A stretch of DNA of 64,000 nt from Candidatus Fermentibacteraceae bacterium (GTDB lineage Bacteria; Fermentibacterota; Fermentibacteria; Fermentibacterales; JCC-6), in contig JBGSZS010000016.1 in assembly GCA_041750285.1 (NCBI GenBank), positions 1 to 64,000 on the forward strand, in the 5' to 3' direction. Positions 17,717-27,367 of this stretch are shown piece after piece. The notes beneath the pieces were generated by a model, which worked only from the letters and a program-made list of their open reading frames with translations, ran no database searches and was not told where the DNA came from. The position numbers were made by a program, and so were the translations under genes. Position 1 is the stretch's first letter; each line of letters opens with the position of its first letter.

Positions 17717-19894
17717 GTGTTCCAGATCCTTTTGGTTCTTTCAGTGGCGGCGGCAGCGCCGACGGGGACGATAGGCGCACAGAGGACCGAAGAGGCGCCC
17801 GTGATCGACGGAAGGCTCGATGACGCGGTGTGGCAGGCCTGCTCCGGGGAAACCTGCGACCTTTGGCAGTTCGCCCCGAACTACGGCAGCAGCATGTCCC
17901 AGCCCACGACCGTAAAGGTGCTTTACGACGACACCTCCATCTACTTCGGTTTTTTCCTGCAGGACACGCTTCCCGACCGGATGATCGACGCCCTCACGCC
18001 CCGTGACAACTACATTAACGGCGAGTGGATCGCGGTTCTTCTCGACACCTGGAGCGACGGCCGCAGCGCATTCAGCTTCGAGGTCAGTCTGGCGAACTCG
18101 CAGATGGATTCGCGCCTGAACGAACACGGAGGGTGGGACTACGGCTGGGACGCGGTTTGGGAAAGCGGCACCGCAAGGCTTGCTGACGGCTGGTCCGCCG
18201 AGTTCTCGATCCCCCTGAGCTGCCTCAGGTTCCCCGACAGGATCGAGCAGACATGGTCGGTCAACTTCCAGCGGATACTCAGCAGGACCTCCGAGAACGG
18301 GTGGTACATGCTCTCCGCAAGCAGCCAGATGGCCGACCTCGACGACTTCGCCAGCATCCAGGGAATTAGCGGCGTCGAGGGTTCGCTTGGGCTAGAGTTC
18401 CGCCCCTACGCAGCCGGGCGCTACTACGACTTCCAGACCCGGGAAGATGAGGAAGGCTCGGCCGACGCGGGGCTCGATGTGAAGATGGGCCTCACGAGCG
18501 GGATCACCGCCGACTTCACCCTCAACCCCGACTTCGGGCAGATCGAGGCTGACGAGGCCGAGATGAACCTGGGGCACTTCGAGCTTTTCCTGGAGGAACG
18601 CAGGCCCTTCTTCATGGAGCGCAGCGAGCTCTTCGACATGCCCTTCAACATGTTCTACTCCAGAAGGATCGGCGCGGTGGGCTGGAACGGCGACCTCATC
18701 CCGATCCTCGGGGGCGCGAAGATATCGGGTTCGTTCTCCGACGGGTTCAGTTTCGGCTTCATAGAGGCGGTCACCGGAAGGGTTTGGGAAGACGACAGCA
18801 CCCTTGTTCAACCCGCCGCCAACTACAGCGTTCTCAGGGGGGGAAGGCAGTTCGACGGCTACAGCTACCTGGGGTTCTCAGGGGTTTCCCGGGATGTCTG
18901 GGCGCAGGAGGGGCTGGACCAGGAGAGCAACAGGGCTTTCGCGCTGGACGGCGCTATCGAGCTGCCGGGCAACCACCTGTTCTCAGGGTCGGCAGCCCGG
19001 AGCTGGAACACCGGCGCCGAGGACGAAGGAGCCTACAGCCTGGGATTTGAAAAGATCCGCAGCACTCTGCGCTACTGGGCCAACGGCAGCCAGGTCGACG
19101 AGGGATTCGACGTGAACGGCACCGGCTACACAACCATCACGGGCTATAGGGAGTTCGGCTTCGGCGCCTCGAAGACATACAGGCCGGAGAGCACCTTCTC
19201 AACCTTAAGCATCTGGGGCAACCACAACTACATGGCGCAGCTCGAGGGCGAGGTCCTCGAGAACTGCACGCATGCCGAAGTCGATGGCTCGTTCAAGAAC
19301 GGCTGGAACTTCAACGTGTCGGGCGAGCACAACGGCGACTATTTCGACCCCTACGAGGGTCCCGAGGGAAGGTTCTACGGCTCGAGCACCAGCTACTTCG
19401 TGGGCGGGGGGTCGAACCCCTACTACCCGCTGAGGTTCTGGGCGGGGAACGGCGGAGGCCAGTTCAACACCGGCGGCACGTTCAGCAACTTCACCGGAAG
19501 CGTTCGTTACCTTCCCGTTCCGGTGTTCGAGACCAGGGTTTCGGGAAGCTGGTTCCGCACCTTCGACACCGACAACTACAACTGGGAGGCAGAAGCCTTC
19601 GACACCCGCTCGACCGACTGGAGATCGGTCACGCTCAGGCTCGCCTACATGTTCACCCCCGACATGAACCTGAGGCTCTTCTCGCAGTACTCGAGCTTCA
19701 CGATGGACTACCAGGCAACGGGAGAGACCTCCGGCGACGAGGTGAGAAGCAACCTCCTCTTCGCCTGGCAGTACCTGCCCGGAAGCATGTTCTACCTGCT
19801 CGGGGAAACCGTGTTCGACGGCGACGGCGACGGTAGCTTCAGTGATCCGGACCTGGGCGTCTACGCGAAAGTGACCTGGTACCTGCCGGTGTGA
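17717..19894 (+). CDS. CBM9-like / DUF5916 outer-membrane protein (paralogue 1)
   Basis: PVIDGRLDDAVW, GWSAEFSIP, NPDFGQIEAD, EERRPFFME, FYSRRIG; C-terminal beta-strands. GTG start after AAGGGG. Confidence 0.88.
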   Translation: MFQILLVLSVAAAAPTGTIGAQRTEEAPVIDGRLDDAVWQACSGETCDLWQFAPNYGSSMSQPTTVKVLYDDTSIYFGFFLQDTLPDRMIDALTPRDNYINGEWIAVLLDTWSDGRSAFSFEVSLANSQMDSRLNEHGGWDYGWDAVWESGTARLADGWSAEFSIPLSCLRFPDRIEQTWSVNFQRILSRTSENGWYMLSASSQMADLDDFASIQGISGVEGSLGLEFRPYAAGRYYDFQTREDEEGSADAGLDVKMGLTSGITADFTLNPDFGQIEADEAEMNLGHFELFLEERRPFFMERSELFDMPFNMFYSRRIGAVGWNGDLIPILGGAKISGSFSDGFSFGFIEAVTGRVWEDDSTLVQPAANYSVLRGGRQFDGYSYLGFSGVSRDVWAQEGLDQESNRAFALDGAIELPGNHLFSGSAARSWNTGAEDEGAYSLGFEKIRSTLRYWANGSQVDEGFDVNGTGYTTITGYREFGFGASKTYRPESTFSTLSIWGNHNYMAQLEGEVLENCTHAEVDGSFKNGWNFNVSGEHNGDYFDPYEGPEGRFYGSSTSYFVGGGSNPYYPLRFWAGNGGGQFNTGGTFSNFTGSVRYLPVPVFETRVSGSWFRTFDTDNYNWEAEAFDTRSTDWRSVTLRLAYMFTPDMNLRLFSQYSSFTMDYQATGETSGDEVRSNLLFAWQYLPGSMFYLLGETVFDGDGDGSFSDPDLGVYAKVTWYLPV

Positions 19895-20851
19895 TCAGAT
19901 CCAGTGCTTCCGCCGGACGAAGATCACGAAACCGGCCACGAACAGGGCCACGAAGATCCAGAACGCGGGGTAGGCGTACTCCCAGCTCAGTTCGGGAAAG
20001 GCCTTGAAGTTCATTCCGTAGACACCGGCCAGGAAGCTCAGGGGCAGGAAGATCATGCTGAAGACCGTGAGCCTGTTGATGATCCGGTTGGTGCGGTGGC
20101 TGACCATTCCCATGTAGAGGTTCAGGGTTTCGTTGAGAACGCTTCGTATCCCCGCGATGTCCTCACCCAGACGCCCCATCCTGTCGGAGAGCATGTCGAG
20201 TGAAGGCTGCGTTGTCTCCGACACGAAGGCCGACTTCCGTGTGGCCAGGTCGTTGAAGAGGTCACGCGCGAAAAGGACCGACCGGCGGAAGGCCAGGATG
20301 TTGCCCGTGAGCCCGGAGACCTCGGAGAAGATGTCGTCGGTGACCTTGTCGAAAAGGCGCAGCTGGATGGATTCGGCCTCTTCCGCGTAGTGCTCGAAGA
20401 CGCGCCTCTGGCTCTCGAGCAGACACGATCCCAGCTCGAAGAGAAGGAATCCGGAAGACCTTGCGAACTTCCTGAAGTCGTCGCGGTAGATCCTTTCGAT
20501 CCGGTCCATGATGCGCGACTCTCCCGGAACGACGGTAACCAGGAAGTTCCCGCCCAGCAGGAACGAAAGGTTGCCGGTCTTCAGAACGCGGCCATCAACA
20601 CGGGCTTCGGTCACCGTGAAATGAAGTGCCTCCCCGTTTATCTGGAGATGCGTTTCCGGCTGGGGTCCCTCGATGAGCGATGCCACGTCCCGTGAGACGC
20701 CCAGGCGATCCATCGCGTCGCGGATGGCGGACTGCTCGCCGGCGTCCGCCACGATCCAGTAGAAGATACCGGCGTCGGGATGCCGCTCCCAGTCACCGGG
20801 ATCGAGCGTCCATTCCCTCTTGGCAGTGAAATCAAAGGCTACTGTCTGCAT
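19895..20851 (-). CDS. corA: CorA family Mg2+/Co2+ transporter
   Basis: YGMNF signature between two C-terminal TM helices; PEL.W.Y.Y. Confidence 0.9.
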   Translation of the reverse strand: MQTVAFDFTAKREWTLDPGDWERHPDAGIFYWIVADAGEQSAIRDAMDRLGVSRDVASLIEGPQPETHLQINGEALHFTVTEARVDGRVLKTGNLSFLLGGNFLVTVVPGESRIMDRIERIYRDDFRKFARSSGFLLFELGSCLLESQRRVFEHYAEEAESIQLRLFDKVTDDIFSEVSGLTGNILAFRRSVLFARDLFNDLATRKSAFVSETTQPSLDMLSDRMGRLGEDIAGIRSVLNETLNLYMGMVSHRTNRIINRLTVFSMIFLPLSFLAGVYGMNFKAFPELSWEYAYPAFWIFVALFVAGFVIFVRRKHWI

Positions 20852-20868
20852 GCGTCCCCTCCGCCATG

Positions 20869-22566
20869 CTAGAGCTTCGCGTCATCCACCGAATCAAGCC
20901 AGGCCGCCACGGGAGCCACGATGGCCTGTATGGCGCCGTCAGAGAACGGATCGTGAAGGCCGGCCGCCTCAACGAGCTTCGTGAAGGGAAGGCTGCCGCC
21001 CAGCCCGCAGAGTTTCACGTAGTCACGAAAGGCCTGCGGCCTGTCCTCCCGGCTGCGGCCCCAGAACTCGAAGGCGCAGACCTGGGCAAGCGTGTAGTCG
21101 ATGTAATAGAACGGGTCTTCGAAGATGTGCCCCTGCCTGAACCAGAATCCCCCGCCCTCGAGGAACCTGTCGTCCCCGAAGTCGCGGTGCGGAAGGTACT
21201 TCTTCTCGATCGACCTCCACGCCTCCCGGCGGCCGGCGGGCGTTGCCCCGGGGTTTTCGTAGACCCAGTGCTGGAACTCGTCAACCGTGACACCGTAGGG
21301 GATGAAAAGCAAAGCTCCGGCGAGATGCGAGAAAAGGTACTTCTCAATGTCCTCACCGAAGAACCTGTCCATCCACGGCCAGGCGAAGAACTCCATGCTC
21401 ATGGAGTGGATCTCGCACGCCTCGAGCGTGGGGAAATGGTACTCCGGCAATCGGAAGCCCCGGGAACGGTATGCCTGGAATGCATGGCCCGCCTCGTGCG
21501 TGAGAACATCCACGTCTCCGCTCGTGCCGTTGAAGTTCGCGAAAATGAACGGCGCCTGTTCATCGGCGATGTACGTGCAGTACCCCCCGCCCGCCTTGCC
21601 TTTGCGTGTGACCAGGTCCATCAGGCCCCGGTCGGTCATGTAGTCGAAGAACTCCCGGGTCTCCGGGGACATTTCCGAGTACATGATCCTGCCGTTTTCG
21701 AGTATCCAGTCCGGATCGCCCTTGGGGGTGGCATTCCCCGTCAGATACTCGAGCCCCTCGTCGTGGTAGAGCATTGGCGCAACCCCGAGCCTTGCGGCCT
21801 GTCGCTTTCTCAGCCTTGCAGCCAGGGGCACGATGGATTCGTGAACCTGCCTTCTGTAGCTGGCCACCATGGCGGCGTCGTAGTCGGTCCTTCCAAGCCG
21901 TGCGTAGGCGAGGGGAACGAAGTTCTCGAAACCCAGTTTCAGGGCTATGCCGTGCCTGAGCTTGACGAGCCGGTCGTAGATCGAGTCGATCCTTTCACCG
22001 TTGTCGCTGTAGAAGGCGCTGACGGCGCTGACGGCAGCCTTTCGCACCCCGCGGTCGGGTGACTCGGTGAACGGCTGCATCTGGGAAAGGTTGCGGTCCT
22101 GCCCCTGGAACGGTATCGACGCCGATGCCTTGAGCTTGACGTATTCGCTCGCAAGAACGTTCTCGGCCTGAAGGTCTGCCATGACCTCCGGGCTGAATGT
22201 CTTCATCTGCAGTTCGGCCATCCTGAAGAGCTGCTCGCCCCACTGCTTCTCGAGCTCAGGCCTGAACCTCGATCCAACGAGGACCCGGTAGAAATCGCTC
22301 TTGAGCCCCTCGTAGACCGGGCCAAGCTGGTCGAGGGCATCGTTCTCGGCGTCGTAGAACTTGTCGGCGGTGTCGATGGTGTGCCTGATCCTGCCGATGG
22401 CGACCATGGATTCGTACGAGCTTCTGACCCCGTTCAGGAGGGTCATCACGTCATTCTGTTCATCAGCGGACCGTGCGCTTTCGAACCTTTTGGTCAGGTC
22501 TTTCATGGACTTCTCGAACCCGGCCCGATCGGGCCGCACGTAACGGAACTCGCTGAATTTCTTCAA
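20869..22566 (-). CDS. pepF: M3 family oligoendopeptidase
   Basis: HEAGH zinc motif, EIHSMSME, GGYCT, PFYYIDY. Confidence 0.92.
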   Translation of the reverse strand: MKKFSEFRYVRPDRAGFEKSMKDLTKRFESARSADEQNDVMTLLNGVRSSYESMVAIGRIRHTIDTADKFYDAENDALDQLGPVYEGLKSDFYRVLVGSRFRPELEKQWGEQLFRMAELQMKTFSPEVMADLQAENVLASEYVKLKASASIPFQGQDRNLSQMQPFTESPDRGVRKAAVSAVSAFYSDNGERIDSIYDRLVKLRHGIALKLGFENFVPLAYARLGRTDYDAAMVASYRRQVHESIVPLAARLRKRQAARLGVAPMLYHDEGLEYLTGNATPKGDPDWILENGRIMYSEMSPETREFFDYMTDRGLMDLVTRKGKAGGGYCTYIADEQAPFIFANFNGTSGDVDVLTHEAGHAFQAYRSRGFRLPEYHFPTLEACEIHSMSMEFFAWPWMDRFFGEDIEKYLFSHLAGALLFIPYGVTVDEFQHWVYENPGATPAGRREAWRSIEKKYLPHRDFGDDRFLEGGGFWFRQGHIFEDPFYYIDYTLAQVCAFEFWGRSREDRPQAFRDYVKLCGLGGSLPFTKLVEAAGLHDPFSDGAIQAIVAPVAAWLDSVDDAKL

Positions 22567-22622
22567 AGGCTTCTCCCTGTACCCGTGCCGTCCTGCATGG
22601 GGACGTGCATCATTCTTCCGGC

Positions 22623-22693
22623 CATTACCCGGTTTGCATGGTTCGTGGCATTATACGATGATGTAACGGTTTTGCAATTTGCACCGGGTAATG
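22623..22693. repeat. Perfect 11-bp inverted repeat CATTACCCGGT/ACCGGGTAATG with a 49-bp spacer
   Basis: Arms at 22623-22633 and 22683-22693; extends with CCGG outside (one bulge) and TTGCA/TGCAA inside. Confidence 0.85.
22650..22677 (-). promoter_or_regulatory. Sigma70-type promoter facing pepF, enclosed by inverted repeats
   Basis: Minus-strand TTGCAA-N16-TATAAT. Confidence 0.55.
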
Positions 22694-22731
22694 CCGGCTT
22701 ACCGGAAAACGGAGACAGGGACTGCTTGGGT

Positions 22732-23802
22732 ATGGAAACGGAAAACCGCAGTGTGCCTGACCTTCCGCTTCATGACAGGGACCATCCCCCTCTTGACGTG
22801 ATCGTTCCCGGGGGCAGGGACGTGTTCATCGATTTTGCGCTCGGGGTCCCGGCGCCGGGCAGTGGGGCGCACCCTCCCGTGAGCTTCCACGGAATGGCTG
22901 CTGCATCGGGCGGAGCGTTCCACAACGACCCGGCAACCGTGTCACCGGACGGACGGGCCGTTCTGCTTCTTTTGCCGGGAAGGGCGGACCGGGCACTCGA
23001 CACCGCCCGGACCCTGAAGGCGGCGGGACACCACGTGCTGGCCACCTGGAAGGAGTGCGGCCGTCACCAGATAAGGGGCTTTTTCCAACGACCCGGCAAT
23101 GAAGGGGCGTTCGACCTTCTCAGGGGTTTCGTAACCGCCTGGATCGCAAGCTCCCCGGCCGCGCTGGAATGTCTGGGTTCCAGGGTGAACGACGCGCCCG
23201 TACTCGTTCTCCCCACGCCCTATCCGCTCGATCTTCCCGAGTGGCGCTTCGGCGGGGCTGAACCCTCATCACGAAAAGGGCTCTTCATTGGTACGCGGGA
23301 ATGGAGAGTACCCTCAAGGCGCCATCGTTCGGCCATGAAGATCGCGGCTCGCCTCTCGCGTGAGCTTCCCGGGCTCGAGGTTACGGTCGTGAACAGCGGG
23401 GGGGTGGCCGGGCTGATCGGAACAGTGAGAGTGATGGGAATTAACGGGAATTTGCGTTCAGTCCGCCGCGCACCCTACCACGAACACCTGCTTCGCGTAT
23501 CCGGCAGCCGTCTTGTTCTTCAGAGGGACGAAAGCGGGGTTCCGGGCCAGGTTGCCGGTGACGCGCTTCTGGCGGGGGTGCCATGCCTGGGAGGCGACGG
23601 AATGATTGACGGGCTTGCATTCCCGCACATGCCCGGAGCCGGTGCGGATGACGACGAAGTGGCTGCCCGGGCACTCAGACTGCTGACTGATGACGACGAC
23701 TGGACTGCAGCGGTGATGGCATCCCGGTGGAACGGAATGGCCCGGGCCTCCTTCAGCGCTTTCAGAAAGCTCTGGTCGGAGGCCCGGCGTTCGATCCGCT
23801 GA
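22732..23802 (+). CDS. Hypothetical glycosyltransferase (GT-B)-like protein
   Basis: The C-terminal VPGQVAGDALLAGVPCLGG resembles the GT-B nucleotide-sugar binding motif. Start uncertain. Confidence 0.55.
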   Translation: METENRSVPDLPLHDRDHPPLDVIVPGGRDVFIDFALGVPAPGSGAHPPVSFHGMAAASGGAFHNDPATVSPDGRAVLLLLPGRADRALDTARTLKAAGHHVLATWKECGRHQIRGFFQRPGNEGAFDLLRGFVTAWIASSPAALECLGSRVNDAPVLVLPTPYPLDLPEWRFGGAEPSSRKGLFIGTREWRVPSRRHRSAMKIAARLSRELPGLEVTVVNSGGVAGLIGTVRVMGINGNLRSVRRAPYHEHLLRVSGSRLVLQRDESGVPGQVAGDALLAGVPCLGGDGMIDGLAFPHMPGAGADDDEVAARALRLLTDDDDWTAAVMASRWNGMARASFSAFRKLWSEARRSIR

Positions 23803-23806
23803 GAGG

Positions 23807-24580
23807 CTAGGGATTCCTGTCGATGGTGATCGCGCCCCTTATGTTCTCGAGCTTGCGGGATTTTGTACCAATGCCCCACACAAGCATTCGTAGGGGTTCC
23901 TTGCGGGCATCGTGAAACCTCACGATGATGCTTCCGAAGCCGAGAAGCCGTTCGAGAAGATCGCTGGTGTCGACGATGGTGTCGAACTCCTCGCGTCCGA
24001 TCTGCTCACCGCTCTCCGTTGGACCCCGCTGAAGGTTGACATAGTTGGGCGTGAACGCGGCGTAGTGAAAAAGCCCCTTCACCCATGAAGTCCCGATCGC
24101 CAGAAGGAATATCAGGGAGATCAGCAGGTAGGCCACGCCGTTCATCTCGGCGCTGATGCCACCCAGAAAATCCCAGAAGCCGTCGAGCCAGTTCAGATAG
24201 CTCAGCCAGAGGGTCAGCCCCGCTATCGACACAACCATGAGAAGCACTTCCTTCATTCCGGCTTCGTACTCCTCGACTACGAAGTTGAGAAGGAAGAACC
24301 CCAGCCAGACCGCGCCAAGGGTGCCGGGATTCACGGCGCCAAGCACCGAAAGCACGAAGAACAGCAGCGAGAGAACCACTGTGGGAAAGTAGATGATCTT
24401 CCCGGTCCAGCCGAACACCACCAGCCAGTTCCTGATGTCGGGGTCGGCATCGAGCTGCTTTATCATCTGAAACCTTGTTCTGACCGTTTTCCTCATCAGC
24501 ATCAGGATCCCGAAGCCGATGAGAAGAAGCGCGAATGGCGCCGCAAAAACGATGATCTGGGCAACGGTCCAGTCCGACAT
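23807..24580 (-). CDS. Hypothetical membrane protein with a C-terminal bacterial PH-like domain
   Basis: About five TM segments; LLERLLGFGSIIV resembles the bPH motif; GGAGG RBS. Confidence 0.65.
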   Translation of the reverse strand: MSDWTVAQIIVFAAPFALLLIGFGILMLMRKTVRTRFQMIKQLDADPDIRNWLVVFGWTGKIIYFPTVVLSLLFFVLSVLGAVNPGTLGAVWLGFFLLNFVVEEYEAGMKEVLLMVVSIAGLTLWLSYLNWLDGFWDFLGGISAEMNGVAYLLISLIFLLAIGTSWVKGLFHYAAFTPNYVNLQRGPTESGEQIGREEFDTIVDTSDLLERLLGFGSIIVRFHDARKEPLRMLVWGIGTKSRKLENIRGAITIDRNP

Positions 24581-24658
24581 ATACCCTCCCCCGTTCAAGG
24601 TTCACCACAGCACGAATGATGCGCTGCATTATAATGAAAGACTGATTGCCGTGATCCG

Positions 24659-25792
24659 TCAGAAATGGCTCCAGTCAGGCGGGCCGCTCTCCTGCACGGC
24701 GCTCAGTGCGGCTTCCTGCAGGATGAGCCGTTCGCCCGCCGTCATTGTCGGATCATTGCTGTAGAGAATGCCGACCGGGCTCTCACCCCTCACGGCGGCG
24801 AACATGGTGCATGCCGTGAGATACGTCCCCCTGAGGCTGGGATGGCTTCCATCCGCGTCGTAGAGCTCGATTTCGGGGTGCGCGACACAGACCGCCTCCC
24901 AGGCCAGCCCCACCGGGGACACCATTCCGTCCACAAGGGCCCCCGCGTGAAAGTATGCCTGCGAAAGCGGCACGATCATGGGCGGGTCGTTCTTCCTTGC
25001 CCATGTCATGAAGAAGCCGGGAGACCCGCCGGCGTTCTCCACGGCCTGGCCCAGCAGTTCGGCGAACTGGTACATGAGCACGGGATCGGTAACGGGCCTC
25101 GTGCTCTGCTCCTGCATTACGACAAGGTCCCACCCGCCCCTTGCTATCGCCCCCATTGTCACGGGGCTGTTGTAATGGTCCTCGAGGGTGTAGCCGCCGA
25201 AGGCGATGGTTTCGCAGTGTATCACCGCGCCGGGGTCCGCCGAGAGGACGAGCCGTGTGAAAATGCTGTCGAGCCCGCCGTTGGCGAACGTGTAGCTGTT
25301 TCCCACGAAAAGGATGGAACAGGGCGGGGCGGGAGATTCGGCGCCGCCCCATGAAGACTCGAGCATGAACCTGTCCACTGAGCTTTCGAACCTCACCCTG
25401 ATGTCGACAATGGTGGTGTCGACTGAGCCAGACCAGCCCTGAACAGCCCCGGCAGCAAGCGCAGAATCGGAATCGAAAACGGTGGCGAGCACTTCGACAC
25501 TGCCCGCGGGAACCCCGGACAGAAGTGATCCGGTGATGCCGGAAAGCAGCGGTGAAACCACCGTGAGGGTGTCCCCCCCGGAGACCGCCATGTAAAGGCA
25601 TGAATCGGCTCCGTATCCAAGCGCCTGAACCGCCCTTGTGTCCAGTACGCACAAAAGCGACGAATCGCCGGGATTGTCGGCGGGATTATCGCAACCGGCC
25701 GTCAACAGGCACAACAGAAGCACCTCCGTGGCAATTGCCCACGGAACGGAGTCCGGTCGTGCCCGTCTTGTTCCCATGCGGGGAACATACAT
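24659..25792 (-). CDS. SGNH/GDSL hydrolase (DUF4886-like) lipoprotein
   Basis: Lipobox LTAGC; LFVGNSYT, QEQS, DGSHPS. Start uncertain. Confidence 0.8.
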   Translation of the reverse strand: MYVPRMGTRRARPDSVPWAIATEVLLLCLLTAGCDNPADNPGDSSLLCVLDTRAVQALGYGADSCLYMAVSGGDTLTVVSPLLSGITGSLLSGVPAGSVEVLATVFDSDSALAAGAVQGWSGSVDTTIVDIRVRFESSVDRFMLESSWGGAESPAPPCSILFVGNSYTFANGGLDSIFTRLVLSADPGAVIHCETIAFGGYTLEDHYNSPVTMGAIARGGWDLVVMQEQSTRPVTDPVLMYQFAELLGQAVENAGGSPGFFMTWARKNDPPMIVPLSQAYFHAGALVDGMVSPVGLAWEAVCVAHPEIELYDADGSHPSLRGTYLTACTMFAAVRGESPVGILYSNDPTMTAGERLILQEAALSAVQESGPPDWSHF

Positions 25793-25867
25793 TCGCGGAA
25801 GCAGGCGGTGGAAGCTGGTTGAAGCCCACCGGAGAGGTTAGTTTCACGCTCCGGGAAAGGAGGGAAC

Positions 25868-26305
25868 ATGGCAGTGCACTTCAGGGACATCGACGGCAGG
25901 AACCTGGATCAGTGCATTGGTCTGAAGGTTCGCGATGACCAGCCCTTCGTGGCCCCGAACGTCTACTCCATCGCCCAGGCGGGTGTGGAACCGGGCTGGG
26001 TCACCAGGGCGATACACTCCGGTGAGACAATGGTCGGCTTCGCGATGTACACGATCGATGAGAAGCTTTCGGAGCTTTACCTGTGCAGGTTCATGATCGA
26101 CAGGGACCACCAGGGAAAGGGCTATGGTAGGGCCGCCCTCGAACTTCTTAAGGAAATCGCCCTGGCCGCGCCGGGCGTCAGCCGCATGAGGCTGAGCACA
26201 TCGCAGGAGAACAGCAACGGGATAAGGATCTACGAGAGGTTCGGTTTCGTGGACACGGGCGAGATGGAGGACGGCGAAGAGGTCTTCGTTCTGGAACTCA
26301 GCTGA
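25868..26305 (+). CDS. GNAT N-acetyltransferase (spermidine/diamine acetyltransferase-like)
   Basis: FVAPNVYSIAQA, RFMIDRDHQGKGYG, YERFGF. Confidence 0.88.
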   Translation: MAVHFRDIDGRNLDQCIGLKVRDDQPFVAPNVYSIAQAGVEPGWVTRAIHSGETMVGFAMYTIDEKLSELYLCRFMIDRDHQGKGYGRAALELLKEIALAAPGVSRMRLSTSQENSNGIRIYERFGFVDTGEMEDGEEVFVLELS

Positions 26306-26828
26306 AGAGGGCCGTCACCGTTTTCATCGGCAGGAAAAGCCGTGCGCGGCCGCGCACGGAACACATTCGGGCAAAGCCGTACTTCAGGTAGAATGCCTCG
26401 GCAGACTCATCAATACAATCAACTACAACCGCATAAGCCTTCATGAACGTGTGAACCCGGTGGAGGTGTTCGAGAGCCCGGACAAGGGTTATTCCACCAA
26501 GCCCGGTTCCCCTGCACCGAACGTGTACCGCAAGCTGCGCAAGCACGAAAACCGGAACAGGATACTGTGGCAGCTTCCTCGCGACATCCTCCGGAAGGTC
26601 CGCCCGTTTGACTGAACCCGGGGCGACTGTAAAGAACGCACAGATCGGCAGTTTTCCTGACGATTCAGGTGAATCCGACGGCAGGACCATGGTGTGCCCG
26701 ACTCCTGCCCGCATGTGAACGGCCGCCATCCTGCGAATGTAGTCGTTGAGTTCAGGCTGGCCGCAATCGAAGGACTCACGGTCATGCAAGCCCTTGTCGA
26801 GCGGCACGAAAAGCAGGGAGGGAGTCAT
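26298..26828 (-). CDS. GNAT toxin of a type II TA system (TacT/AtaT/KacT family)
   Basis: HDRESFDCGQPELNDY, PVPVFVLAQLAV, RGTGLG, VVVDC...AEAFYLKYGF; ATGA-coupled to the upstream DUF1778 gene. Confidence 0.88.
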   Translation of the reverse strand: MTPSLLFVPLDKGLHDRESFDCGQPELNDYIRRMAAVHMRAGVGHTMVLPSDSPESSGKLPICAFFTVAPGSVKRADLPEDVARKLPQYPVPVFVLAQLAVHVRCRGTGLGGITLVRALEHLHRVHTFMKAYAVVVDCIDESAEAFYLKYGFARMCSVRGRARLFLPMKTVTALFS

Positions 26829-27094
26829 CGAATACCGCTCTCCCCCGCAGCCATGCGTGCCTTCCTGAGATACTCATTTGGCTCGGATGCCGTCTCACAC
26901 GCTTCCATGAAACTGTCGAACGCATCGTTCCCGAGGGTAAGGCCTTCATTCTCTTTGATGATCCTTTGCGAATCACTGTCCAGAAGACGAACGATGTACT
27001 CGGTCAGGCTGGCAAGCCCCAGAAGCGCGGAAGCCTTTTCAGCGCGCTTCTTAACCTTTTCGTCCAGTCTGATGTCAAGCCTGGCGGTTGCCAT
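26825..27094 (-). CDS. DUF1778 RHH antitoxin (TacA/AtaR/KacA family)
   Basis: MATARLDIRL...AEKASALLG..SLTEYIV...PNEYLRKA. True start is ATG 27094. Confidence 0.9.
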   Translation of the reverse strand: MATARLDIRLDEKVKKRAEKASALLGLASLTEYIVRLLDSDSQRIIKENEGLTLGNDAFDSFMEACETASEPNEYLRKARMAAGESGIR

Positions 27095-27115
27095 TATCTG
27101 CCCCCGTTTCCCATT

Positions 27116-27136
27116 TGTACGGAAATCTTCCGTACA
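27116..27136. promoter_or_regulatory. Antitoxin operator palindrome
   Basis: TGTACGGAA-ATC-TTCCGTACA, perfect 9-bp arms just upstream of the antitoxin start. Confidence 0.8.
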
Positions 27137-27367
27137 GCAAGATACAAGCAACACAAAGATCGTCAAGTGTTTCACTGGCCGGGGTCCATCCAGGCCGTGA
27201 AGGAATCAAACCGGTTGGCATCCTTCCCGGGCATGCCTGACCGAAGTATGATTCAAGTGCAGCAAAACCTTGTTCAGACGCTTTCCTACGGAGTTTTCCG
27301 GGCAGGGCAGTACAGTTGATCCGACTAAGGGCTTTCTGTGCAAAACCGAAAAAGAAGGAGAACAAAG

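Noticed and set aside
27176..27367. c-di-GMP riboswitch upstream of the LCCL gene (GCAAAAC motifs)
   Set aside because: No GNRA-capped P2 or GGGACGCAAAG-type core could be fitted.
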